From NCBI RefSeq assembly GCF_009914755.1, contig NC_060931.1: 64,000 nucleotides of DNA; one strand, 5' to 3'. The position numbers and the translations under genes are program-made. Within the stretch, counting starts at the first letter, position 1; each line of letters begins with the position of its first letter. The stretch is from the human T2T-CHM13v2.0 reference genome, Homo sapiens. The notes under the pieces are model-generated. The model had not been told where the DNA came from, ran no database searches, and saw only the letters and a program-made list of their open reading frames with translations. Below are positions 14,923 to 29,379 of this stretch, piece by piece.

Positions 14923-17900
14923 CAAACATATTTCTGCTGGGCCAACCATGCACACAAACCATCACTTAGTGCTAGGCACTAAACTGCATGCATTGAGAGA
15001 TATGAGAGTAAATAATTAATGACTAAGGGCTTGAGAAGGCAGATGCCATAAGAATCACAATCTTCTTCAGAAGACACCCCAAAGATAGACCTTCCAGATT
15101 CTCCCAGGGATCATGTTAATCTCTGAGAAACATGTTGAGAAATTCTATGTAAGTACCAAATTTATAATCACTACATACAAATAGCTCTTGCTCTCCCACA
15201 AAGATCACAGAAGGAAGGAAGGATGGGAGGAAGGGAAGAAGAGAGAAAGGGAAGAAGAAAAGGAGGGAGGAAGGCAGGCCAACCAGAAAAGTTTACTGCC
15301 CCTTTCCAAAGTATACTTTGTATATTCTCTGGATTAGGTAGAATTGCTTCCATATTCAAAATCAATTGTAACTGCTCTCAGGCCACTCACAACCTTGCTT
15401 TTCTCTAAATACCTTTTCTCTAAGAGACACCAGCCATGCATGTGCCTGTGTGCACACACATGCTCAGAAGCTATTTCAAATGGTCTCCAACCTCCTCAGC
15501 CCCCCACCCCACAGGGGCAGCTCCTTTGCTAGAAAAGGGACTGAAGTCCAAGCTGTTTGCTGCATCCACTGGCTCCAGTGTCCCCCAGACACCTGTCATC
15601 GCCCACCCTGGGAGCTCTTCTCCACTCCCCAAACTATCTTGTTCACAGCAAAATAAAATACTATTCTTTTCCACTCTAATAAGATGCCCTCTGTCCGGCC
15701 GTGCAGAGTCTGTCTCGTGGTTTATCACTACTCAACGTGTCTGCATGTGATTTTCTCCCTCACCTCTCCCCCTTCTGCACCAAATCATGCCCACCTCCCT
15801 TCTGAACTGCTGGAAACCAAAATCTTCCTGAAAGCACCCCAAGCTAACTTATGGGGTTAGGATCACCACACCCAGGATTCCCTCAGTCCTCCTATCTTTA
15901 GACTTCTTTTCTTTTTGAGGACACGATTCTCCAAAGTTAACTTCTATAAAGCAAATCCTATTTCTCACTGACCCATATTTTACCAAACAGCTGGCACTGC
16001 TTTTTTCACAGCTGAAAAAAAAAAAAAAAAGAAAAAGAGAAAGAAAACTCTGCTGAAGCACATGGAGAACCGGCCACACAGCCCTGCTGAAGCATGAGGG
16101 ATTTTCCTTCCCAGGACTTTCCAGGCTCAAAATTCCTGAACTTCCCACATTAGTCAAATGCTGCTGCTACGGGCTGGACTTCTGCACATTAGATGTCATC
16201 GTAAAGAGAATCTAGGTGACAAACGAGGCAGAAATGAGCACAAGTTTGTCCCCACCACTGGGAAATCAATTCCCAGTGCACATCCCACAAGAGGGTGGTC
16301 TAGGTAGGCTTGGGCAAGCACAGGTATGCCTCTGTCCCAAGGTTCTCCTGTCCCTCTTTACAGTAGTCAGATGGGCATGGTTGTTTTCTATTCCATTCTT
16401 GGCTGAACCAGTGGGCACAGGGCTTTGCACACAGTGGGCCCCCCAGTGCTGCTGAGAGACTGACTTCTGAGAGGGAGGTGATGGAGACTGAGGCTGCCTC
16501 CGCAGAACAGAGGGCAGCTGCATTACCAGGCATGCCCTCTGAGAGGCCTCTGCTTTAAGCTGAGTGGCAGGTAATAAAAACCCAGGTTCCAAAGGAGCTT
16601 AATCGAGGGTGCTGGCGTGGCAGCTGAACTGGAGATCAGAGGGGACCAGCAACCACGGGAGCCTTCCTACATGTCACACCATTCCTTGGGACCAGCAGTG
16701 ACTCTCTAAGGATGAACCACACCATCGCACACATCTGAAGCTGGGAGTGGACGAGGAGAAGGGGGAAATCTTCATGGAGAAAGACACCAAATGTCATGAG
16801 TCATAAAGCAAATTCTGACTTGGAACCATCGAGGGAGATTATCTTTCAGCTCAGAGTGCATTTTTTTCCAGCAAGATACAAAAAGCTTCATGGATCATAG
16901 TAACCAGCTTGCCTGTTATTGAGTTGAGCACAGTAGGGAAAATGCAAAGGTAAAGTGTATGCTTGCAGAGTGGCTCTGAACACTTCTGAAAATGATCACT
17001 CAAGGGCTGGAGGGCCAAGGGAGCGTCTCTGCGAGGGCAGGCGTGCATACACACCAGCGGCCCCCAGCCAACGCCCTGACCCAGTACACATAGGCAGCAA
17101 AGGAGGTGAGCCTTTCCCTTTAATTATGCCAATTGTGAGATGGGGAAGGCGCCAGTGGAGAAGGCATTTAAAGCAGATTGCCCCATTTAGGGAGATATGA
17201 TACTTGGAAATGAAGACTGGCACTTTTCCTAGACTAAAGGTTGTGCTGAATGGCCAGAGAGCAGGAGGGCAGCAGCCCTGCCTGTGGGGCTTCCACCTGA
17301 CTTCAAAGACGGGCGCCACGCTGGAGCCAGTGCACAACACAAAGGGAAGCGGGGGCTCGAGGCCCCAGGCTGCTATCTGCTCCAATTTAGGGGACAGTCC
17401 TGCTTCTTTCCAAGAGACACCCTTTGGAAGTGGGGAGAAAGTAGCTAAACAGGCCTGAATGGGAGGGCTAGAAAGAGGAGATACTGCACCTCAGGCCTTG
17501 CCCTTTAATTTCAGAGCCATTTTAAGCATAAATATCGTATCTAAGTCTCCGATAGAAGGAGCACAAATGGTAGGCGCTCAATTAATGTCATCTCACTTTT
17601 GAGTCAGAGAAACATCTTCACTTTGCATTACTGCTGAACAGAACTGAGGGCCATCAAGACCACTTTGTGGAGGCCATAAGGAAAAGACCTAGAAACGCAT
17701 GCTTCAGACACATTCCACCACATCAGGGCTGAAACGAGCAGCAGGAAGATGTCTGTGCACAGAGCAAGAAAGCTGGTTCCACCAAAGCCAGGTTAGAATA
17801 TAGATACATGTACATGTATATACACATAGAAAAGCTAAGTGTGTGAGAGAGACAGAGAGTGTGTGTGTGCAGTATGTTAACTAAACCTCTTACAAAAGTC

Positions 17901-18349
17901 ATTAAAATTTTCTAAAAATTAAATTCTGAACAATAATTAGTTTGTGAAACCAACAGAACAAAGTGCTAAGAGCCTGAGAAAACACCATCTCTTCTTTACA
18001 TAGATCACTGAGGACTTGATAAGAAACTTCCTCTGTCACACAGCAGCCTCCGTGGGCAGTGGGAGGGGAGCTGAAGGGGAGAGAAGGAGAGACGATGATG
18101 GAATTCGAAAGCTAGGAGGGGCTTCCAATACGTTCTCTTGCTATGGAGGACACAGGTGATACGGCTTCTTGGAGATCACACAGCGAGTCTCTGATTCTCT
18201 GACTACAGCCTGGATGGTTCATACGGATGATACCACCACGGCACAGAGATCTCCATAAGTACTTTAAAAACAACATGCATTGGGTGATCTTTCTGTTCGG
18301 ATACTGACTCTCAGGGAAGACGGCCTCACTTCCAGCATGGGGGGGATGC

Positions 18350-18742
18350 ACATCCTGGTCAGTTTAACTCAGCCAGGGCTCATCTTCTTCCTGTTGTCAA
18401 TGACTTGACTTAGGCACTGGCACACACCATCAGCCTGGTCAACGAGGTGTGAAGGGAGGTCTGCAGGAAGCTTCTGGAAAAGGTTTTCTTGCTTTAAAGA
18501 GATGCTCTTTTTCCCATGGACACTGTTGAGTTGGATGTGATGCCTAGAACTGTGGCAGCCATCAGACCGACATACCACAAACCATGGGGCAGAAATACAG
18601 AAAGAACATCAGTTTTTTACAACCAACCCTGGAGCTGATGACCTCAGAACTTCTTGTTAACCAGTCAGTCAGTTTTCCCTTTTGTTTATACACTTTGTGT
18701 TGGTTTCTGTCCCTTGAAGCTAAAAGCATCTTAACCAATAAT
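18350..18742 (+). mobile_element. ERVL LTR (LTR33-like)
   Basis: GGATGTGATGCCTAGAACTGTGGCAGCCATC...CTCAGAACTTCTTGTTA...GCTAAAAGCATCTTAAC. Confidence 0.65.
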
Positions 18743-19639
18743 CTACTAATAAACAGACCATGAAACAAAAAACAATTTGTTTTCTACCATCCTACTCTCT
18801 CTGAAGAGAAACAAGGTCTCCTGAGCTGACGGGGAAAATCCCCACCTAACTCTTTTTCCCTGCTTCTTCCTTTTTTCTCCCTCAATGGAACTGTAAACAC
18901 GCTCAGAACTACCAGCCTCTCTGAGAAGAAGCCTTAAAGATGCTCTGGTCCCACATCCATGTTCTGTTGGATGCCAGTCTCCGGCAGTCCCTTCACAAGG
19001 CACTCATCTGGAATACCTCCAGTACCAGAGAAATCGCAGGCCCCATGGATGTCCACATGTGGAGGGCTTCGGTACGGTGTCCTTCCTTAGGGCCTGGTGG
19101 GAATCTGCCTCCTGTGGCTTTCCAGCCATTGATTCGAGTTGCACCACAGCTACCTTCTATTATCCATCTGCCCTTCAGATACTGCTTCTGTATCATACAG
19201 CTTAATTCTCAATTATTATAATTCCTTTCAGACAAATGTTTTCTTACAGGAAATGCATATTCTTCTGAGCCATGTTCTACCTTCCCCATCTCTCAGGCTC
19301 AGACAGTTAGAGAAATCAGTCTGTCCCATTTAACCAATGAACGAATGAATCAGTCAACCAATCAATCTCCCTCTGTCTTTTTCCTATCCCCAACCCAAAC
19401 ACGTCTAATAATATAAGGGTAATAATAATCTTAACAGTCACATATTTTGAAAGAAAATTGGGGCAATATAAAAATCCAATATTGTCAATCTCAAAATCCT
19501 TGGATAGTGTCCAAAAGTCTCCTGCAAACACACACGATCTGATTTAATTAAAATACCTTTCTTCAAACACTGACATTAAAGAGAAATATTTCTTCTTCAA
19601 TATTATTTTTCTGATATTTAATTATTTCCCTTTTCCTAA

Positions 19640-20039
<400 letters not shown>

Positions 20040-20799
20040 TAGTCTCACAACAAAATTGAGTGGAAGGTACAGGGAGTTCCCATACACACCGCCTGCTCTC
20101 ACGCATGCATCAACTATACTCTCCCATATCTCCTTTAAGGCAAGCTTGAGACCCAAATCTTAGCTGATAGCACTTTATTGTTAACTGTGATGTGTCCACA
20201 CAACTAGCTTACAAAAGAGGTTCTGGAACACAGCCCTTGGTAAACCTAGAACTTGTAAAATACATATGAACTGATCCATCTCATTCAAAACTCCCTTTTC
20301 CCAGGCCCAGAACTTTACCTAATTTCTCACCTCTATCTTATACATATTACTAAGTAGTTTTCAATAACAATTAGAATCTAGAGCTAAAAATCATCCTCCT
20401 GAAAAGATGAGACACAGACACTTAGACATATGTACCAGCAACTCTCAATCATTCGTTTTAATGTAAGAAAAAGGAATATTGACCAGCACAAACCACATAT
20501 CAGTCAAAACTGCTTTTACCAGGCTTTCCCGGAGGAAAAACTCACCCTGTAATTATGTTTCACCTAGGAAAAGATAAAAATTAATTTATATATGCCAAAC
20601 TACATTTTAACTTTAAAATGTAGAGGTGGCCTAGAAGTATATTAAATCCAAGCATTCATTCAATAAGCATTTATTGAGTACCAAATATTTGCTAGACACT
20701 TTGGGAGGCACTGGGGATCTGGAATTGAAAGCCAGCCTCCTGCACTCATGAAATCTCACAAAAGAGAACTAAATACATATAGAAATCAGCAAATCTGAG

Positions 20800-21165
20800 C
20801 CACAGTGGTACCCTTCACACTCACAAGGATGGCTATCCTAAAAAAAGGCATGCGACAACATGGATGAACCTTGATAACAAGCTAAGTGAAAGAAGCCAGC
20901 TGCAAAAGACCATGTATTGCATGATTCCATTTATAGAAAACGTCTTGAATAGAAATTTGACTAGTGGTTTCCAGGGGCTGGGGGAGGTTGAGAAGGGGGA
21001 ATGACTGCTAATGGGTACAGAGTTTCTTTTTGGGGTGACAAAAATGTTGTAAAATTAGATAGTAGTGATGGTTGCACAATTTGTGAATATCCTAAAAACC
21101 ACTGAACTATACACTTTGAATGGGTAAATTACATGAATTATATCTCAATAAAGCTGTCAAAAATA
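20800..21165 (+). mobile_element. L1MB 3' end
   Basis: AACATGGATGAACCTTGATAACAAGCTAAGTGAAAGAAGCCAG...ATATCTCAATAAAGCTG. Confidence 0.8.
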
Positions 21166-21749
21166 CATGTGGAAATAAATAGTCCTCATATGCAAACAAG
21201 AGGAGATAATGAAAGATATTATTTACAAGGATTAACTTAAGACATGTATACAACCTATATACAGAAAACTTTTATACATTACTAAAGTACACACAAAAAA
21301 AGAACACATAGAAAACATTGTCTTTGACGGGAAGACTCAACCTTGTAAAGATGTTAATTCCTCCTAAGAAATTTATAAATTTAATGTGATCCCAATGGAA
21401 ATACCAACAGGCTTTTTTTCTGGAATCAAGAATGTTGGGTCTAAAGTTCATATGGAATAACAAACATGGAGAATAGCCAGGACAAGGCTGAAGGGGAAGA
21501 GCAACGAGGGAGAACTAGTCTTTTCAGATATGAAAAGATGATATAAATTTCAAACATTAACAACAGATCAACCCATGGAAAAACATAGAGTCCAGAAATA
21601 GACTCCCAGACCTATAGGAACTTAGTAAATGATAAAGTAGGGGTTATGATACTATGGGAAAAATATAAACTTTTAAACAAATAATGTTGGGACAATTGAG
21701 TATTGAAAAAATATAAAGTTGCATCCAAGCCTCAGAACATACTCTAAAA

Positions 21750-22106
21750 CAGGGGTCCCCAACCACTCCCCACCCCGCCCTGGCCCGGCCGCAGACTAGT
21801 ACCAGTTCTGGCCTGTTAGGAACCAGGCCACACAGCAGGAGGTGAGTGGCAGGTGAGTGAGAATTACCGGCTGAGCTCCGCCTCCTGTCAGATCAGCAGT
21901 GGCATCAGATTCTCACAGAAGCATGAACCCTACTGTGAACTGCGCATGCGAGGGATCCAGATTGTGCGCTCATTATGAGAATCTAACTAATGCCTGATGA
22001 TCTGAGGTGGAATGGTTTCATCCTGAAACCACCCCCACCCCCAGTCCATGGAAAAATTGTCTTCCACAAAACCAGTCCCTGGGGCCAAAAAGGCTAGGAA
22101 CTGCTG
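21750..22106 (+). mobile_element. MER1B (hAT-Charlie)
   Basis: CAGGGGTCCCCAACC...GGCTAGGAACTGCTG termini; 8-bp TSD CTCTAAAA / CTCTAGAA. Confidence 0.9.
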
Positions 22107-23275
22107 CTCTAGAAGAAACACCAAACGTACCAAGATGTAAACAGAAAAAAGTAAAATTACAAAAGTACCCAAAGGAACTGAAAAATATGAGACAGGCAAA
22201 GCCTCTCCAACTTTGACTAAAAATACAGAAGCCATAAAAAAAATAAATTTGACTACATAAAATGAAAGAGACTTCCAAAGGGCAAACCACCACCACTAAG
22301 TAAACCAAAACATGCATGATCAACTGGAAAAAAAATGCAACTCATAGCAAAGACTATACATAAAGAGCTTTCAGAATAAAGAAGAAAAAGACCAACAACA
22401 TAGTGGGAAAATGTCTGAAATTCAAAACACACTCCACATAAAAATAAACACAAAATGACATTTAAATACATGAAAATATGATCAACCTTACTTATAATAA
22501 CAGAAATATAAATTAAAGCTATAACAAAATACCATTTCTCACCTACCAGCAAAAATCCAAAAGTTTGACAACAGATTCCATGGGTGATGTTCTAGGGAAA
22601 CAGGCACTTTCACATACTGCTTGCATGAGTAGAATACGGTATAAACCCTACAGGAAGAATTTGTCAATAACTTTTAAAAATGACAGATGTATCTGTCCCT
22701 TGACTATATAATCCCATTTCTAGGATTTCATTTCACAGATGCACCTACAAAAGTATTAAATGACATGTCTACAAGGTTATCTATTACAGGTGATTTGAAA
22801 AGACAGAGGATTAGACACAATCCAAGATTATGTTGTTGTGCCATCATCACACATCAACAAAATGGAGTACTCTAAGGTTATAAAAAAGACTGAAGATAAT
22901 CTCTATGTACAAATATGCAGAGTTCCAGAATGTATTATTAAGAGAAAAAAGTTAAGACGTAGAACAACAGACTGTATGTGTTATGTTATCCTTTGTGTAA
23001 GGGAATAAGAACACACCCATACACACACTAGAACCTCTAAAAATGAAAGACGCAAGGGTTAAGCGAGATACTAAGAAAAATGGTTATCTACGAGGGAACA
23101 AAGTGCATAGGGCTCATCTGCAAAACAGAAATAATAAAAAAGAAAAAAAACAAAGTTCACAGGTTAAGACTTCATTGTGTATACTTCTCTATATTGTTTA
23201 ATTATTTTAACTTTCCAATATCAAAAGAAATGTAGAGAGAATGATTTAACAATTTTTCACATACCCATCATCTAG

Positions 23276-23683
<408 letters not shown>

Positions 23684-25220
23684 TGAATGATATGAGCCTA
23701 ACCATACATCAAACTGGGTGACATGCTCTCTGAGGAAGAATTTATTTTTAGGAATTTTAGAACACAGTATTTTTAATACATACCCTTAGTGGAATGCATT
23801 TTAAGAACAAAACAAAAATTACAAAGAAGTATTAAACTTTCCTCTGTAGTTCCATATTGGTAATAATATAAATATTGGTATTTCGAAACTACATTCTTTA
23901 CATTTATAGGTTAAAGAAAAAATAAAGATTTTTCCATACCAGAAAAAGGGAGTTAAAATAATTACTAAGGAAAGTGAAAGCATAAGGATTTTAAAACTAA
24001 ACTGGACATGTCCACCTGAACTCTTAAATTTTAACAGTATATATTTTCCAGCTTTGTCCACTGAAGTTCTCTAGAAACAAGTCACCTCTGCACCAATAAC
24101 CACCCCCAATACCCTGATTGTACTCTCTAATACCATTGTCCCATACCACTGAAAAGTACAAGATGAGCTTGGGGCATTTGTGCCATGAATGAACACAGAT
24201 TTTCAAGATTATAGAAGTTCTGTCAAAAGGTCACAGGACCTAGCTGAAGGGGTCTCACTGCCTAAAAGTTGTAACAAAAGAGTAATGATTAGAACACACC
24301 AGATCAATAAAAATCCATGAATGTATAATGTTAGAAAGACAGAAAAAAACCACGTGTTACTACGTGAAGTGGTTATTAAACTCCTTACTGTGAAAGTTAA
24401 TGGGGAAAGGGAAAGCATTAGCACAGATCCTGCCTTTCCAGTGGGAACCATGTGTCAGGGTAACCAGACGGCCCCAGGCAGTACAGGAAAGCTCTACTTT
24501 ATAGAAGAAATGAAAGAATTACAGAAACATTTCCCAAAACCCAAGGAAGGTATGGTTCAGGCAAGAATGACCACTGGGTACAAAACCATTAAGTAAACGA
24601 TTTGTATGCAAAGTTATACCACACAAGTCACTTGCTGGTCTCTAGGGGGAAAGTGTAACTGGACGATGGTGGGTTCAGGCTGTCACAGCCCTAGACCAGG
24701 GGTCAATCTCAGCATCCCCAGTAGTGGGCCTTTTTAGTAACAGTGAGTGAAGCACACTGAATTAGCTCTGGTGAGATCTAGTCAAAAACAACTTGAATCC
24801 TGCAAGCTTTTCCATACAGGAAATCAGAGGATGGAGAAATAAGCCTAACCATAAAGAAGCAACCTCACACTCTAGCAGGTCAGAGGTTCTGGAGGCAAGA
24901 CCAGCAACTGGTCTGCTGCTTCAATAAGAGACTGTGCTGGATTAAGAGACTAAAAGGAAGTTACAACCAGACATAGGGCACGATACTCGATTAGATGGTG
25001 ATTTCGACAAACCAGCCTTGAAGGGTATTTGAGGGCCAGTTATGGAAATCGGAATAGAAACAAGGTATTAAACGAGATGAACTTTATTGAAATACAAAGT
25101 TGGAGACTGTCATCCAAAAAAATCAGATAATAAAACAGTAATACATCATTTTGGTTAAAAAAATGTGCACACATCTATGCATACAAAAAGACCTAAGAGA
25201 TGTAACAGTGGTCATTTCTG

Positions 25221-25250
25221 GACAGAGACAGAGAGAGAGAGAGAGAGAGA
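25221..25250 (+). repeat. (GA)n microsatellite
   Basis: Read directly from the sequence. Confidence 0.9.
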
Positions 25251-26685
25251 CTAACTGTGTGTATGTGGAGTGTTTTGCTTGCCTTTATTTTCTAATTTCC
25301 TTTAATTAGAAAATGTTATTTCTGTACTAAATACATAAAAAAGCAGTTACATAAGGCTTTAGGTTTCACTAGTAATCTACAGAAGGTCATCTTAGAAATG
25401 ATCTGTTACCTTTCTAAAATATGCTAAGTGGCCTGTCCATCAGTGGCATGGAGGATTCCTGGAATGACTTGGGAACAACCCCCAAGTTGGAACTTCATTG
25501 CTTAGATGATTCTCTGACAAATCAAAGATTTCTTCCCCAGATGGTGGCAACACTGTAGAAAGAACAACAACTAGCACCGACAAAGTCTAAGAGAGATGAG
25601 GTGATGGTTTGAGAGAAGAAACAAGAGCAAAGTCAATTTTTAAGAGGGGTGCTGAAATGCCTCCTCAAGCAAACTTTACCTCCACTTCCTCATGTGAAAA
25701 TGTTACCAGCAAAGTTCCAAAGCTCTAGGGGAAAAGTGAGACCAGCAGGATTGAATGCAGCACTCAAGTCCCAGGGAGAAAACTTCACACCAGATATACC
25801 TGTTCGCAGAGTGTCTGTCTCAGAATCACCCTTTGACAATACGGATACACGTGCACACCCATTTACAAACTCACCTATCAAGATGTCTTTTGCTTTTAAT
25901 CATCACTGTCAATTTTTGAAGATATACTATACACTCTAAAAGGGTGGCAATTTCCTCGATTGCAGTTTCATACAAAAATCTGTATGAACAAAAGCATGTT
26001 GTACAATCATTCACTGATTTGCCAAGTTTTCAGAAGTGTCTATAATGTGCGTGATGGTAACGGGGTAGAGAACACAGAGACAACCACAGATGGGTTTCTA
26101 TCTTCATGGAGCTTGCAGCCTAATGGGGAAGGCAGGTGGAAAACAAATATGCCCAAATAAGTGGGTTCATGAAAATTGTTAAGTGTCATGAAGGAAAAGA
26201 AGAGGGTGCTCTGAGATGAGAAGAGGGGAATATGATTTACACTGGAGGATCAGGGAAAGCCTCCTGGAGGAAGTGACATTTGAGGTGTGACCACAGAGTG
26301 AGCATGAATTAACCAGGCTGCCAGGCAGGAGAACATTCCAGGAAGGGAAGACTGTTGTGTGGGAAAGGGTGCTGAAGCAGGAAACAGCTGGGAACAGTCA
26401 CAGAACTGAAAGAGGCCAGGATGGGGCAAACAGAGGGGAAGACTGGTGTCCAGGGAGATCAGAGAAGCAAGCCGGGACTGTGCTGTGATCCATGCTGTTC
26501 AGGATTCAGGATTTTCTTCCAAGTGTGATGGAAAGCAGTTGGACATCTGAAGTACGGCAGTGACAGAATCTAATGTGCACTTAATATCACTATGGGAAAC
26601 TGGCTGGGGAAGGTCAAGAACAGGCATGGAGGGACAAGTCAGGAAGCCAGTCCAGATGAGACATTATGGTGGCTTAGGCTAGCTA

Positions 26686-26925
26686 CAGGGATCCAAACTA
26701 CAGACTGGACACCAAATTCAAACCCAAGTCTGCTTTTAGGAGTAAGATTTTGCCGGAACACGCCCCCCCCCCCCCACACGCCCCTCCCACCACGTGACTC
26801 GTGTATGTATTGTCTGTGCAGCTTTCACTCTACAACTTCAGTAACGGCGGCAGAGACCAGATGGCCTGCAAAGCCTCAAATATGCACCACGTGGACCTTT
26901 ACAGAAAAAGTTTGCCAACCCCCAG
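26686..26925. mobile_element. MER58A (hAT-Charlie)
   Basis: CAGAGACCAGATGGCCTGCAAAGCCTCAAATAT...CCTTTACAGAAAAAGTTTGCCAACCCC. Confidence 0.8.
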
Positions 26926-26970
26926 ACAAGGGATGGCAGTGGAGACAGAAATGGATGGCTTCACGATAAA

Positions 26971-27688
26971 CAGTCTGTCGTCATTATTCCTGGATTCCAC
27001 ATTTGCAAATTCACCTACTCACTAAAAGGTGTTTGTAACCCCAAAGTCAATACTCAGAGCACTTTTGGTCATGCCTGCGCATGCGCAGAGCAGCAAAAAA
27101 GTTGCGCTGGTCAACACACACATTCCCAGCTGAGCTCCACAATGGTGACACTCTGCCTTCCTGTTTCAGCTCTTATACTATAAACAAGTACCCTTTCAAC
27201 TGTCTATATAGTGCCACATTTTTTTTGCATTTTGGTGTGTTTTGTTGGTGATTTTGCTGTTTAAATGGTCCCCAAGCACAGTGCTAAAGTGCTGCTTAGT
27301 GCTCCTAAGCACAAGAAGACTGTGATGTGCCTTATGAGAAACGCATGTGTTAGATAAGCTCGTTCAGGCATGAGTTATAGTGCTGTTGGGCATGAGTTTG
27401 ATGTTAATCAAAACTATATGCTAAGATATATGTTTAAACAGAAACACACATAAAACATCATCACACCAACATATGTAATGCTATACCAACGTACAACATC
27501 TACCAACATACAACATTATTACACCAACGAAACTGATACTACGTATTGATCAGTCAATGGAAATATGACCAGAGGCTCACAGGAACCTAACTCTGTATCT
27601 CCCTTAGGAGTAATGATTCAGTATTCACTAATTCAGTGTTCCTGGCGACTTTAGAGAACACAGCTATGGCGAATGATGAGAATGGCTA
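26971..27688 (-). mobile_element. MER82 (TcMar-Tigger)
   Basis: GGATTCCACATTTGCAAATTCACCTACTC...GTTCAGGCATGAGTTATAGTGCTGTTGG...CAGTATTCACTAATTCAGTGTTC match the MER82 reverse complement. Confidence 0.8.
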
Positions 27689-28145
27689 CACCTGGGAGGC
27701 AAAAATCAATACAATTTGGTGATGGGTTAAATGTTAAGTAAAACAAAGTCAAGGATGACTCTGGGTTTCTGATGTGAACTACTGGGTGACAGAAGGTGCC
27801 ATTTATGGAAATAAAGAATTCCAGAACAGCAGTATATTTCAGGGGGTTGACCAAGATGTTTCCTTTGAATGTGTTAAGGATGAGATATCCAAAGAGAGAG
27901 GTCCAGTAGCTTGATGGCTTTATGACTCTGGAGCTGAAAAAAGAAGTCTAGGTAAAGATACAACTTTAGGAGTCCCTAACAGATAGAGGGAGCATTGAAA
28001 ACCTGGGAATGATATGTCACCTGGCGAGAGGGGTAGAATGACAGCAGGGCCCAGGCCTGAGAGCAGCACCCAGACAAACAGGTGGGTTAACTCAATTTTT
28101 CATCTTGGTGGTTTGATTTGTTTAATATAAAAGTATTATACTTTA

Positions 28146-28441
28146 GGCTTGGTGTGGTGGCTCACGCCTGTAATCCCAGCACTTTGGGAGGCTGAGGCAG
28201 GTGGATCACCTGAAGTCAGGAATTTGAGACCAGCCTGGCCAACATGGTGAAAGGCTGTCTCTACTAAAAATACAAAAATTAGCCGGGCATGGTGGCGGGT
28301 GCTTGTAATCCCAGCTAATCAGGAAGTTGAGGCAGGAGAATCTCTTGAACCCAGGAGGCAGAGGTTGCAGTGAGCTGAGATCATGCCACTACACTCCAGT
28401 CTAGATGACAGAGCGAGACTCTGTCTCAAAAAAAAAAAAAA
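28146..28441 (+). mobile_element. AluS
   Basis: Full dimer with A-tail; TSD ATTATACTTT / ATTAAACTTT. Confidence 0.95.
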
Positions 28442-29379
28442 TTAAACTTTGGCAAGGAAATTAACCTGGTGATGTATCTAGAACCCAACAGATGTTCAAA
28501 TCCCTTGACCTAGTATATCTACTTTGGAGGACCTATCCTAACATCTAGACAAACCTCAATGTTACATAGAATTACACTGAGGAATAACTCATGATAGTAA
28601 ATAACCTTAACATTTGGGGAATGTTTATGCTGACAAGACTAATAATATTTTCCTCTGTGAGTTCATCTACAGCTTCTAATCTTAGAAATTTCAACTCCTC
28701 CAGAGGTTTAATAAATATCCACTTCCATTTCCTTCAAGCTTTTGTAAAAAGCTTTGTAAAAAAGTGGAACGTTTGTCTTTATCTGCTAAAACGCAAGCTG
28801 CTTCAGGGCAGGAATTTTATCTGTTTTGCTCAATGCTGTACACTTGGCACCTAGGAGAGTCCCCAGAACACTGAATGTATTTTGAACATATTTTTGTCAA
28901 ACCTCACATTTTAATCAGGCAGAATTTACATTGGTGTAATGATGTGAGGTGATGATACCCACTGAGATTTTTCAGATTGCTCTCATATAGTCCCATTCCC
29001 ATTCAGGTAATCAGCCTTCCTTTCCCCATGGCCTCACAGCACCTCCTCCATCTTCTGTTAAATGCTCACAGACTATGGAACCTGAAATCTGCCTCCCCCC
29101 TTCTGCCCCATGGATGGGTCTGTCAAATTTTGTCCCAGATTTGAAGCATTATGGTTTGACACTGGATAGAGCTAACCCCTTCACCACTCTTATGGTCCAT
29201 GCCTAACCTATGTCCTACCACCTTATCTTTCAAGAAAAGCAACAGAAATTGGTCTCTCAAGTTTTAAAATACTTATCCAGATTTTGATGAAAACAAAGAC
29301 CATTGATACTTGGAGAAGAACCAATGTATTTACAAGTTGCCCTCTCTCATCTAGGAGGGATGAGGAAGAGTCTCTACTG

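Larger units (their letters stand above)
26000..28075. mobile_element. L2 LINE remnant hosting MER58A and MER82 insertions
   Basis: L2-typical text (GATCAGGGAAAGCCTCCTGGAGGAAGTGACATTTGAG, GTCAAGGATGACTCTGGGTTTCTG) on both sides of the DNA transposons. Confidence 0.7.

Noticed and set aside
24004-24013. Perfect p53 half-site GGACATGTCC
   Set aside because: An isolated half-site inside degraded L1, with no convincing partner half-site.
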